Source of the DNA: Hydrolagus colliei
Lineage: Eukaryota
Assembly: GCA_035084275.1 (NCBI GenBank)
Contig: CM068745.1
Span: forward strand, 38,502,001-38,566,000
Reading direction: 5' to 3'
Length of the DNA stretch: 64,000 nucleotides
Position numbers and translations under genes: made by a program
Notes under the pieces: model-generated
Seen by the model: the letters and a program-made list of their open reading frames with translations, nothing else
The model's database searches: none
What the model was told of the DNA's origin: nothing
Part shown: positions 50,377 to 62,881 of the stretch, piece after piece
Numbering within the stretch: position 1 is the first letter of the stretch
Layout: each line of letters opens with the position of its first letter

Positions 50377-52292
50377 CCAGGTACTCTACTAAAGCAATGG
50401 TTCCTAGCCCCACTGAAATATTTATTTGATAGCAATGTTATTTTTCTGAAATTTCTAGTGGGATCATGTTGAACTATATTTTGTTTCTCTTTTAAAAGCC
50501 ACAAGAGGCAAGGGGTTGATTTATTACAAAATATTATAAAATCTTACTCTTAACCATGAGATAGGATCTGAAATGCCATAAAAATAATATTTTGCTAAAT
50601 AAATATTCCCATCAAAGGTATAAATATTATACTTGTACAGTATCAGGGTTCCTCAATCATGAGAATTAATAAAAATGAAACACTGTAAATCTTTCCTTAA
50701 ATCAGATATGTTTTTATTATAACAAATATTTTATTTATTCCAAATGGTTATGTTATAATTTTACACACTTAATGTAAAGTTGGCAACAGGATGATAATTG
50801 TCAAATAATATGCTTTCATTAGAAACTGTTGCTATCTTAATTCTCATTTTTGTTGTTACATGTACAAGCCATGAAAATTCACTCAGAAATATCGAAAAAT
50901 TCCCATTGTACTTGTAATTTCAGAATTACAATGGAATCCCATTAAATGTTTCCCACATCACTTAGTCGTTTGTGTCTGCATTTCTACCTTGATTCAGCAG
51001 TTAAATAATTTCAAGAGGTGACAGGACAGTAAATCCTGCCAGCAGTAATGAAGTACTAAGCATAAAGTACTTTCTGACATGGAATGAGGATTTCAATGCA
51101 GACCAAGTCTAAGCAATTAGAAACAATATCCATACTTTCATAAAGATATTCTAAATTCTGAACAATCATATTTGAGCTGAGAACAGCAATTGTTTTTGAG
51201 TGAAAAATGTGATGCGATATCACTTGTGATGATTATCAAAGTGCTGAAAATAGTCTTTATGAATTAGTTTGGGTTTGATCAGTACCTACGTTAGTACACC
51301 TCTTTGATCCTAAACTTGCAATCATGTCATTGACTGCAGAGTGCATCTTAGTACCACTGTACAGGGTACTTGCTCACCTCAGTTAAAATTAAGCCATTCT
51401 CCCATGAAACAGCAGCAACAACTATGGTACTCTTAGACGAAACCATTGTGTCAAAGAAAAGATGTGTTCACAATGAAGCCTGTCAATAATTAAAAACTAT
51501 TTGAGATAGTCCAGAAAAACGAGGGATTAGATAGGGGAGAAATGCAGAGCAGACTCACTCAGTCCTGGAGTGCATGTGCGTAAATGCACGGAGTGTGACA
51601 AATAAGATTAGTGAGCTGCAGGCTCAATTTGCCATATAGGGTTATGATGTAGTGACAATAATGGAGACCTGGCTCAAACAACAACAAAAAATTACGTTTA
51701 TAGAGGGCCTTTTATGTTGAGAGGATGTTCCAAGGTCCTGGAAAGGGACAATATGTTAGAGGGTCCAAAAATAGAATCTAGTTGGTTAGAGTTAAGGAGC
51801 AGAAAAGGGGCTGTTTACTCTGATAGGTGTAAACTATAGACCACCAAATAGTGGGAAGGAGACAGACGAGTAAATCCATAAACAGATTTCAGAAAAATGC
51901 AATAATGTAGGATTCCAATTATCCAGAAATAGACTAGAAAAATAACAGTGTAAAGGGCAAGGAGTGGGGAGAATTCCTGAAATGCATGCAGGGCAACTTT
52001 CAGTATGTTTCCAGCCCAATGAGGGAGAAATCAGTGCTGTTTATAGTTCTGGGAAATGAAGTGGGGGCAAGTGGAACAGGTTTCAGTAGGAGAGCATCTG
52101 GACAACAGTGATCACAGCATCATTAGGTTTAGAGTATTTATGGAATGGGACAAGGAATAATCAACGGTGACGATAGTCAATGGGAAGAAGGCTAATTTCA
52201 CTGAGTTAAAAAGGGACCTAGCCAAGGTGGACTGGAAAGAAAGATTGGCGGGCACAACAGTTAATGAGCAATAGAAATCCTTCAAGGAGGAG

Positions 52293-52617
52293 ATAATAAT
52301 AATACTAATAATAATTCTTGCATTTTGATATAGCGCTTTTCACATATTCTAGACACCTCAAAGTGCTTCACAGAATATACCGTCAAGTGAATTGATTGTA
52401 TATTTGTGGGAGAAATGCGGCAGCCAATTGCACACAGCAGGGTCCCACAAACAGTCGTGGATTGAAATAAACAATTTTATTATTGTGGGTTTTTTGGAGG
52501 GATTATTATTAGGCGTGTGGAAACTTACCCAAGGTTTTGCCCTGACCTGCCTGGATTCGAACACAGGTCTCACGATTGTAAGGTGAGTGCTCTAACCACT
52601 GAGCTACAAGACTCCAC
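52293..52617 (-). mobile_element. Full-length Deu-core SINE nested in CR1
   Basis: (AAT)n tail, core, reverse head ending GACTCCAC. Confidence 0.9.
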
Positions 52618-52786
52618 AATAGTTTGGGGACAGAACAAATCCATTCTCATGAAGAGGAAAAGTTGGGCATCCAAACCTCCCTGTATGACGAAGACAATTG
52701 TGATTAGAATAAAACAGAAAAAGGAGGCTTATGATAAATGTCATGTCCAAACTACAGAAGATAATCAAATAGAATATAGAATGTAT

Positions 52787-53325
52787 AACAACAACAAAAT
52801 TACATTTGTTGAGTACCTCCCAAGTCGCTGAACAGTTAGGCGTCAGGACCTGAGCATGGAGGCAGGCTGGTGTTGAAGGAGGGCAGAGAATTATGGGGGC
52901 GGCTGCAGGCATGGTCAAAAAGGAGGGTCTTGAATCGGGCCTTAAAGGAGGCAAGGGAGAGAGCAAGTTGAAAAGATTATGGGATGTAATTCGAAGGAGT
53001 GGAAGCAGAGAGGCTGAAAGCCTGGCCGCCAATCGTCAGGCGGGTCTGGCGGGAGACATGGAGCAGGTTGGAGCTTGCTGAACAGAGGAAGCAGACAGGT
53101 TAATAGGGTGTCAGCAGGTCAAAGAGGTAGAAGGGGGTAAGGGCATGGAGGGCCTCATGTTCTCTCTGAAATTGAGAACAAGGATCTTGAATTCTATCCT
53201 CCTAGGGATGGAGAGCCAGTGGAGCCGAGAAAGGGTGAGAGTGATGGGATCATTGATATTGGATCTGCATCTTGTGGAGGAAAGATTTGAGGAGACCCAC
53301 AAGGAAGTAGTTTCCATAGTCAACC
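52787..53325 (-). mobile_element. L2 3' fragment nested in CR1
   Basis: ORF 53111-53371 LSRLHWLSIPRRIEFKILVL; (CAA)n tail at 52787. Confidence 0.85.
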
Positions 53326-54245
53326 TTGAGAGAAAACAGAGGAGAACTGAAAAGGCACATAACAGAAGCAAAGCGATTGTATAAGAAAAGATTAAAGGGT
53401 AGTGTAAAAGGGAACCCTAAGGCATTTTATAAGCATATAAAGAATAACAGGTTAGTACAAAGGTAGTGTGGGTCCAACTAGGGATATAAAGGAAATCTTC
53501 TTTTGAAGGTAGAGGGCATGGCGGACATACTGAATGAGCACTTTGCATCTGTCTTCACAAAAGAAGACGATGCAGCCTAAGCCACAGTGTCAAAGCAGAG
53601 GGTAGAGAAATTGGATAAGATAAGAATAAACCGAGAGAAGATACTAAGAAGGCTTTTGGTGCTAAAGGTAGTAACTCGGTCCAGATGGGTTGCATCCTAG
53701 TGTACTGAGGGAAGTAAGGATGGAAATAACGGAGGATCTGGCCACAAACTTTTAAACCTTCTTGGACACTGGGGTGGTGTCAGAGGACTGGAGGGTTGCA
53801 AATGTTACTCCCCTGTACAAACAGGGGCAGAAAGATAAACATGGGAACTACAGTCCAGTCAATCTAACGTCAGTAGCAGGGAAACGTCAGTAGCAGGGAA
53901 AACTCTGAGACTATAATCTGAGACAAAATAAATTAGCACGTAGAAACTGAACACAGATTTGGTAAAGGCAAATCTTTTCTGATAAAACATTTTTGATGAA
54001 GTAATCGAGAGAGTAATGCAATTGATGCAGTTTATATGGATTTTCAAAAGGTGTTTGATAAAGTGCCACATAATATTAAGCAAAATAGAAGTCCAAAGTA
54101 TTAAAGGGACAGTCGCAGCATGGATATAGAACTGGCTCGGAGACAGAAAGCAGAGAGTGGTAGTGAATAGTTGTTTTTCTGACTAGGGGGAAGTGTGCAA
54201 TGGTGTCCCCCAGGGATTGGTACTGTTGTTCTTGATCTATATAAA

Positions 54246-54945
54246 TAAGAACATAAGAACATAAGAATTAGAAGCAGGAGTAGGCCATTCGGCACCTCGA
54301 GCCTGCTCCGCCATTTAACAAGATCATGGCTGATCTTCTCACCTAACTTTGATTAACTGCCCTATCCCTATATCCCCTAATCCCTCTATTTTTCAAAAAT
54401 CTATCAGTCTCAGCCTTGAAAATGTTCAAGGACTGAGCATCTACAGCCTTCTGGGGTAGTGAATTCCACAAATTCACTACCCTCTGAGTGAAGAAATGTT
54501 TCCTCAACTCTGTTCTAAAAGGCTGACCCTTAATTTTAAGACTGTGACTCCTGGTTATAGATTCTCCTACCAGGGGAAACAGTCCCTCCCTACTTTATCT
54601 AGCCCTTTAAGAATCTTATATGTTTCAATAAGATCCCCCCTAATTCTTCTGTACTCCAGAGAATACAGCCCTAGTTTATTCAACCTATCCTCATAGGTCA
54701 GTCCCCTCATCCCAGGAACTAACCTAGTGAATCTACGCTGCACGTAGATCTAAGGCAAGTATGTCCTTTTTTAAATAAGGAGACCAAAACTGCCCACAAT
54801 ACTCTGGGTGCGGTCTCACCAGAGCCCTATACAGTTGCAGCAAGACTTCTCTACTCTTATACTCTAAACCTTTTGAAATGAACGCTAGCATGCCGTTCGC
54901 CTTTTTTTGGGACTGGTGTACAAGGACACTCAAATCCCTTTGAAT
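54246..54945 (-). mobile_element. Antisense CR1 3' fragment nested in CR1
   Basis: (ATAAGAAC)n tail; ORF 54733-54933 KKANGMLAFISKGLEYKSREVLLQLYRALVRPHPEYCGQFWSPYLKKD. Confidence 0.92.
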
Positions 54946-57689
54946 ACTAAATAATTAGGACTTGGATATAGAGGGTACAATTTTCAAGTTTGCAGATAAT
55001 ATTAAACTAGGAAAAGTATTACAGTGAAGAGGATAGTAGAAAACTGCAAGTGGAGATAGAAAGACTTGTAAAATGGGCAGACACGTGGCAGATGAAGTTT
55101 AATGTAGAGATATGTAAGGTAATGCATTTTGGGAGGAAGAAATTAGGAAAGCTACATAGTAGAATCTTATAGCAGGTGAAGGAGCAGAGAGAATTTGGGG
55201 TTCATATAAGTAAATCTTTGAAGGTGGCAGGATAGGTCGATAAAGCTGTTAAAAAAAAGCATATGGAATACTAAGCTTTATAAATATAATATAAATTTAT
55301 AAATACGGGCTTAAGTCTTGACAAAGTCAAGAAGTTATGGTGAACTTCTATAAAAACCTCTGTAAAACACTGGTTAGGCCTCAGCTAGAGTTCAGGGCAC
55401 CACAATTTAGAAAGGAAGTTTTGGCATTGGAGAGTATCCAAAGGAGATTTACCAGGATGTTACCAGGAATGAGGGACTTCAATTATCAGGAGAGGCAAGA
55501 GAAACTAGGATTATTCACCTTGGGGTAGAGAAGGTTAAGAGTAGACTTTATAGAAGTTTTCAAAATGATCAGGGGATTCGATAGGGTGAACAAGCAGAAA
55601 CTATTTCCACTGGTAGGTGGGTTGGTAACCCAAGGAAATCAATATAAAGTAGTTGTTAAAAGCAATTGAGGGAAGGTGAGAATAATTTTTTTCACCCAGC
55701 AAATTGTCCAGATCTGGAATGCAATTTCTGGAAGTATAGTGGAAGCCAATTCGATAACAGCTTTTGAGAGAATAGTAGATAATTATTTGGGAAGACAAGT
55801 TTCCAGGGCTAATGGGAGAGGGTGGGGGAGTGGGATTCATTTGGATGGCTGTTTTCAAAGAGCAGGTACAGATACAATGGACCAAATGGCCTCTTTTTGA
55901 GCTGTATAATTTTATGATTCTATAATTCTTTGATAATTATCACATTACATAGCACATTTTTGTCACTTGATTAGTTAATCATTTATTTTTGATTATTGGA
56001 AAATTCTAGATGAAGAAACATTTTTCTGGAGTTTATTTGGAAAGCCATGATTCTCTTAAATATCAAACATATGACAGCATGCGTGAAGTCTGAAAATTAT
56101 CATTTGTAGTAAAGAAAGCACATGGAAGACTGAGCTGGGAGAAGGGTCAGCAGGGTTGGGAGGGTGACCGAAAGCACGGTCAAAAAGATGGTTTATATCA
56201 GTCAACTACAAAAGTCAATTTCTGAGCCAAATCATACAATACAAATTTGCATTTATATAGCACCTTTCACACTAAGTGGGTGTCCCAAGGTATTTGGCAG
56301 TCCTGGCTTGGCACTCAAATATTCTGCTAATGAATTCTAAAATGCATATTCACATGACTGCTTTGTTGTACTAATTGTGACAGCTATTGTGGGGAAATAT
56401 CAAGATGCAAAGTTTCCAGCCACAATTGATGGCTAGTGAATATAAATGTCAAGGTGGCAAGGATTGAAAACAGTTGAACAAGCCAATTGTCATTTCTCAG
56501 CACTAAACTCACCGAATTCACAGCCTTGGTGATTTGCTAATTGTGAATTTTGTAATCCAATTTTTGCAGACGGTAATTGAAAATTTGGAATTGTAATTGT
56601 AATTAATGCAATGACCCCAATTTACAATTTGGATTTTTAGACCATTATGGTTTTCCATTTCTAGAGACCATGACAATGGAATTGCTAAATAAGACACTGC
56701 TAGCCATCCGTGGGTGTGTACATACCCACAGGAACTTTGTTTCCATCAGAGTAAAGTTCCTAAGTGTCAGCCTGATATATTTCCAATCTCCTTGTTGTAA
56801 GAATCCTATTAGAAATCATGCTGTAATATCACAGCATCTGAAAAGATTTGATTGATTAAACCAGTGGCTCAAATAGGTCAGAAGCTTTCTTTTTAAGGAT
56901 CTAACAGACTTTTGTTCAGGAAAAGTCATGATGGCAATTAACAATTAGCTCTTTACCTTTTATTCAAGCATTACCCTTTGTGACTGAAAGTTCATAAAGG
57001 CTAATAACCATGTGCCAACCAGAAATAGAATAAGATTTGCATTCAGAATGCAGATTACCCTTAAATCTTCCTTATAGTTATAAGGGTCACCTAATACAAT
57101 AAGTTACTGAAAAAATGTGTCAATGATTGTGATGTTAAACTCAATGCGCAGATAATACACTCATATAGTAAATTCACTCAAAGACACGCAGATCACATTT
57201 GCACAGAGGAATCAGTTTCTCAGGTATTGCACTGTAATACAAATACATATATCTGTACTACCAAGTAAACATAATGCTAGAGATGTCTATTCAGTAAACA
57301 AAACATTATACTGTAGTTAAGCACAACACATGTTTTCCTATATTTTATGGAGTATAATGTTTTATTAAACAACCATGGTTCAGGGTTATAAGGTTAATCC
57401 ATAAACCTTGATACTGGTGTCTTATATATGGTTAGATCTCAAGGGATTTGTTAATAATGTCAAGCGGTAAGAACTCTGACCTGAAATTAGATCACTGGAA
57501 TGGAGTTTCCCTGTGTCAGCTTGATGTACTTCTGGGTTTTTTTGAGGAACCTGGTAGAAATTGAAGCATATAGGACTCCATTATTTTCTTGTTTGAATCA
57601 ATCCATGATGTTGCAAGTTGAAATAATTGTGCTACAGTCACCTGAAATATAAATATCTAATGCTGCCAATTCAAATATTGGGTGGATTA

Positions 57690-57960
57690 AACACCAATGA
57701 ATCCTCTCTTAATACTGATCTGATATACAGATGAGATGTACTAAACTCTTGGTTGAAGGGAATTATGGAATCAGGGGAATAGCAAAGTTCTTAGAGAAAT
57801 TGAAAGAGTACGCACAAATGGGCTGATCACTGCAAATTAAGTTCAATGCTGATAAATGCAAGTATTGGAAATAGGAAGTAAACATAAATGGAACAGAACT
57901 TTGCAAGGGGGAAGTTGAAAAAGACATTGGGGTGTTTGATGCCTCATTACTTACTATGTC
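57690..57960 (+). mobile_element. Old CR1 RT relic
   Basis: IYTDEMY*TL (ADD-like), WAD..QIKFNADKCK, EKDIGV motifs. Confidence 0.55.
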
Positions 57961-58007
57961 AAGATCTCCAGAAATCATTTTCAAACTGTACAGTACTTCG
58001 ATCACTG

Positions 58008-58430
58008 TGGAGTCCTGTAGGTTATTGGTTCCAGCCTTACAAGTGAGAGACCTGGGTTCGATTCCTGGGCAGTGCAAAATGTTCGGCAAGTTTCCTTACT
58101 CCATACGCTTCTGTTTACCTAGCAATATGTAGGAACCCCATTATTAGTCGATTGGTGGGTTGCTTTTACCAGGGTTAATAATCCCTTCAAAAAAAAATTG
58201 GTCACTTCAATCAACAACTGTTGTGGGACACTGCTGTGTGCAAGTGGTTGCTGCTTTATGCCCTTGGGATGTCCTCCCGACGTGAAAGGCGCTCTATAAA
58301 TGTAATTTTATTGTTGTTGTTATGCTCACAAAATAGTCAGTCAATTCACTTTGCAGTTTATTCTGTGAAGTGCTTTGAGACATCTCAAAAATGTGATAAG
58401 GCACTATATAAATGCAAGGATTATTATTAT
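58008..58430 (+). mobile_element. Deu-core SINE (long subfamily) with an L2 tail inserted at 58262-58320
   Basis: Head, insert, core; about 60-bp L2 tail flanked by a TTATGC direct repeat. Confidence 0.88.
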
Positions 58431-58538
58431 ATAGTTATTGTTTCTGTAACATAAGGGGTTGCCAGGCCGACAAGCAGTGCAGAGAAAAGCGGTGAGAATG
58501 ATCCCCACAGAAATGAGCAATGAAGAATGACTAGAAAG

Positions 58539-59167
58539 TAGGGTCCAGCGATATATCGGTTATATAGATATAATTTTTCATATTGATATGCCGATATCGG
58601 AATTTAAAATATATCAATATATCGAAAAATTCGATATGAAAAAATATATCGGTATATCGTAAATATCGGTATATCGTTTCCGGTATAAAGCAATCTTTTC
58701 CGGCTTAGCTTGTCAACAGCATTGCAACCTCCTGGGCCTAGAGCATGGAATGCACGTGCATATCGGAAAGCGCTCGTACCTTCGAATGCGCACGTGCCCC
58801 CAAATGCGGACACGCCTCCGAATGCTCACACGCCCCGAATACGCCCGCACATCCGAATGCGTGTGCACCTCCAAATGCACGCGCACCCCCGAATGCGCGC
58901 GCACCTCCGAATGCTCACACCCCCCCGAATGTGCGCGCACATCCGAATGCATGTGCGTCTCCGAATGCGCGCGCACCTCCAAATGCGTGCGTACCTCTGA
59001 ATGCGTGCACACCTCCGAATGCGCACGCACCCCTGAATGTGCGCGCACCCCAGAATGCGCGCCCATGTGCAGTATAAAACCCCCCGGAAATATCGATATA
59101 TCAGTATATATCGATATGAGCCGACCGATATATCGATATCGGAAAGTTTCCATATCGACGGACCCTA
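58539..59167. mobile_element. Non-autonomous hAT element (MITE), copy 2
   Basis: TIRs TAGGGTCC / GGACCCTA; perfect 8-bp TSD CTAGAAAG (58531-58538 and 59168-59175); right end nearly identical to copy 1. Confidence 0.93.
58748..59070. repeat. 18-bp minisatellite GAATGCGCGCGCACCTCC, about 17-18 units
   Basis: Units counted by eye, contiguous with no spacers. Confidence 0.9.
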
Positions 59168-59184
59168 CTAGAAAGATATTTCTA

Positions 59185-61017
59185 CAACAACAACAACAAA
59201 ATTGCATTTGTACAGCACCTTTCACATCGGGAGGACATCCCAAGGTGCTTGACAGTCAATGTTTCAGAACCAAGCTGGGGGTTAGGATTGGGGAGGATGG
59301 AGGAAAAGGAGGGGATTTGGGGTGACCAATGGGACCATCGAAGAGGAGGGTCTTGAGGCAGGATGTGATGGAGGCTCGGGAGGGGACAAGGTGGAAGGAC
59401 TGTGGGATGGAATTCCAGAGGTTAGATCAGAATAGCTGAAGGCTTGCCTGCCAATGGTGGGGCGGGTGGTTCAGGGCATGTGGAGCAGGCAGGAGACTAC
59501 TGAGTGGAGGGGACAGGTAGGGTGTTAGGAGGTAACAGAGGTAGTGTGGGGCAAGGCCATGGAGGGCTTTGAAGTTGAGGACCAGGATCTTTAATTAAAT
59601 CCTCTGGGTGATGGGGAACCAATGGTTAAGTGAGAATAGGGAAGATGGGGTCACAGAGCTTTACGCGCTCTGAGATGCCGTCCTGTGTGGAGGGTACTAT
59701 ATAAATCCAAGTTGTTATTGTTGTAGCTTGGAGCAGTAGAAGACATGAGCCGCAGAGTTCTGGATTATCTGCAACCTATGGAGGGAGGAATTTAGAAGGC
59801 CAACAAGCAGGGCATTAGCATAGTCGAGCCTGCATGTAATGAAGTCATGAATGAGGGTTTCAGCATCCTGAGGGGCATAATAGTTGCGAAGTCAGTCAAT
59901 ATTGCGCAGGTGAGGGAAGGCAAAGTGGGTCATGGCTTGGATGTGGGGGAGGAAAGACAGTTGAGGATAGAACAAGACACAGGTTCCTGACTGGCTTGGT
60001 GAGGTGGAGCATGCAAGCATGGAGGTTGATGCTGCCAGTGCCTGATGTGGGAAGGCGCTGGCACGAGCCAATCAAAAGGGCCACGGTCTTGTTCATTTTC
60101 AACTTTAGAAAGTTGGCTCTTATCCAGGACTTGATGTCTGACAGGCAGTCTGTCAGGACAGCAGTGGTCCTGGAATCGATGGTACAGACAGAAAGCTAGA
60201 GTTGGGTGTCATCCGCGTACATGTGGAAGTTGACCCCATGTCTGTGGATAATGTCGCCAAGGGGGAGCATGTAGATATTAATAATAATAATGTAATAATC
60301 CTTGAATTTTGTTATAGCATTTTTCACGTCTTCTAGACGTCTCAATGCACTTCACAGAATATACTGTAAATGAGTTGACTATATATTTGCAGGCGAAACA
60401 CAGCAACCAATTGCACACAGTAGTCATGGATTGAAAAATAGGGGGCCAAAGACAGAACCCTTGGTGACAGTGCGGGGCCTAGAAGAGAAACCATTGGTGG
60501 TCACAAAGTGGAGATGGTGAGAAAGGTAAGAGTCAAACCAGGCGAGGGCAGGTCAATGAAGATTGAGCTGGGAAGAGAGGCAGTGTAGGAGAATGGAATG
60601 TCAAGGAGGACAAGAAGGCAGAGAGAGCCTTGGTCACAGATGTTTAAACTATCATTGGAGATTTTGACCAGAGCTGTCTCCATACTATGGGCAGCACAGA
60701 AATCAGATTGTACGGTTCAAAGAAGGAATGACGAGAGAGAATGGACCGAAGCTGGGACTCAACAACCTATTCCAGAGCCTTAAAGAGGAAGGGGAGGTTG
60801 AAGATGGGCTGGTAGTTGGAGTAGGGATGGATCCAAAGGTGTGTAAATGGGTGGGAGGGGGTGGCTTCTGAGGGAGAGGTAACGGGAGTTACCAGTAGAT
60901 GGGATAGAGGTGGCTGAACTGATCCCCTCAATTTTAGATTCAAGGAAGTCCAGCACCTCCTCATAGTTGGAGGTGGAGAAGAGGATGGGTCAGGCATGGG
61001 AGGGTGGATGGAGGAGA
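59185..61017 (-). mobile_element. L2 LINE about 1.8 kb with a nested tail (59665-59724) and SINE (60280-60435)
   Basis: Reverse strand has [10 protein letters not shown] (60200-60230), ETALVKISND, NYQPIFNLPFLFKALE, LHW.PI.QRI.KILVL and the L2 tail at 59185. Confidence 0.92.
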
Positions 61018-61160
61018 TCAATCAATCAAACTTACATTTATTTAGCGCCTTTCACATCGTGAGGACATCCTAGTCAGGTAGGGACAAGAGCAGGGTGGGG
61101 AGGGGTCGGGGCAGGATGAAGAAGTGTACGAAAATTGACTATATATTTGTGGGCGAAACA
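61018..61160 (-). mobile_element. Chimeric Deu-core/L2-tail retroposon, second copy
   Basis: (TCAA)n-CTTACATTTATTTAGCGCCTTTCAC...AGTCAGGTAGGGACAAGAGCAGGGTGGG...GACTATATATTTGTGGGCGAAACA, colinear with 14184-14340. Confidence 0.75.
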
Positions 61161-62670
61161 AGATGGTTTATGGTGGAAAAGAAGAGCCTGAGGTTATCCT
61201 TGCCTCCATAATAATATAATATTATAGTATATATAATATAATGCTTCCAGGAAGGCAGTATAGATATACAGTTTAAGATGTTTCATAGATTATTCAAACT
61301 AAATGCAGAAGAATACTTTCAGATTCAGACCAACAGAACAAGATGATACAAATTTGTTTGTTTTGATATACGTACTAGTCAGCAACATAACATATTAAAC
61401 ATTTAACATTTCTGTGTGTGATATACTCCACACGACTGAATTGGGCTTGATTCCAAGTGCAATTGTCCCTAAATACGTCCACTGCATTATACAAAATCCA
61501 TTATATTGACTTACCACACATCCCTTTCATGATACTTTACACAGCCTGTTTATCAACAAAGCATTCACTTCAGAACATATGGGGCGATTCATATGCCAAA
61601 CCATTAGGTGCACTGTTCACAGTCATTAAATTGTGTGTCACCTCTAGTTTATGCTGGTGTCGCTTGGTACAGGGAGTACAGGGTATTGTTGAAGGCCATT
61701 ATTTCCTGATACATAGTTGGACAGAATGTAAAACTGTAGCTATAAAACCTTAAAAGCTGTCTAATGCCTTAGTCAGGAAAATGATAGTTAATGGCACTTT
61801 AGTGTCCATGTGTCGTAAATGAATGTTTCATCTTAAGTAAGTTAGCCACCAATTACTGCCTTTTCAATTACCACACTGAGCATTCCAAGCATACTGTTAA
61901 AATTTTTGCAAAATTCATTTTGACAGTCAAATTACTAACCTTTAATTTTCTGCCTTTGTTACTTATTTTGCTGCACTATTTTCTGTATAACAGTCGATCA
62001 AACTACTTTGCTGGAACAAATAAATTGTTAAAAATGTGTGGAAAAACCTACAAGAAAACAATCATCAAGAAAGCTTTACTACAAATATAAATTTTAGTAG
62101 TTTGCAAAGCACATATCAGTGATGGAATATTTTGGCTGAAATTAGGGTTAGCATTACAGTTAGCAACTTTGATGATATCGACCATGAATGAGATTATCCT
62201 ATTATAATTGAATAATGCCAACTGGAATATCAACTCAATTCAAGGGCTGTTTCAGAAATGAATGTACTCCTTGCACGAGGAATCAACACAAACTAAGACA
62301 ATTCAGACCAGTAGAATAGTTGAGGACAGCTTACTTTAATGGAAGAGTCCCTCTTCCTCTTCAAAGACGTGTAGGTAAGCTATTGATCCTTTGTATTATT
62401 ATGATTGTAGCAGTTCCATTAGAGTTATTAACAATTTTGAAGTAACCAAGAACTTATTTTGTGTGCTACGTCAAATAATGCTCCGTCAAATAAATTCACC
62501 AAATAACAAATTAATTTGTTATTCATCATGTTGCTTTTGAGGACATTTCAAGCGCAGATTAGCTGCCACATATACCCATATAATAACAATCATTACATTT
62601 CAAAATAATTAATTGTACAAAGCACTTTGAGACATTTCAACGTACTAAAGTACTATATCAAATGCCAGTA

Positions 62671-62881
62671 CAGTAAAAGCCTATTTATCCGACATCCTTG
62701 AGACCTGGCCAATGCTCGTCAAAGTTCATGCCGGATATTCGGCCGAAAACACACAACATTTTTTTTTAAATTATGCATTGTGCCGGATAAATTCCGGTTA
62801 ATCGAATGTGGACCTTTTTTTGAGGTGCCGGTTATATGGAAGTTACAGTTGATCAGGTCACAGATAAACAGGCTTTTACTG
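62671..62881. mobile_element. Tigger-type MITE
   Basis: TA|CAGTAAAAGCCTATTTATC ... GATAAACAGGCTTTTACTG|TA (18/19 TIR match); internal CCGG/ATCCG motifs. Confidence 0.9.

Larger units (their letters stand above)
51560..55930 (+). mobile_element. CR1 LINE with near-complete but degenerate ORF2 (endonuclease plus RT) and four nested insertions
   Basis: CVNARSV.NK...ETWL and YRPPN (APE); PDGLHP, DWRVANVTPL, NY.PV.LTS, MDFQK.FDKVPH, GVPQG, KFADN.KLG (RT); LVRPQLE; tail ...TTTTATGATTCTATAATTCT. Confidence 0.93.

Noticed and set aside
53866-53902. 17-bp tandem duplication AACGTCAGTAGCAGGGA
   Set aside because: Ordinary slippage inside the dead CR1.
58748-59070. CRISPR-like array
   Set aside because: The units are contiguous degenerate 18-mers with no unique spacers, lie inside a hAT MITE in vertebrate DNA, and there are no cas genes.
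58710-59325. Long overlapping ORFs (up to 191 aa, ECARTS / GVRAHS repeats)
   Set aside because: Open only because the 18-bp minisatellite lacks stops. The same applies to ORFs over 14877-15546.
61515-61750. Minus-strand exon ending at a gtaagt donor
   Set aside because: Stops in all frames from both plausible acceptors.
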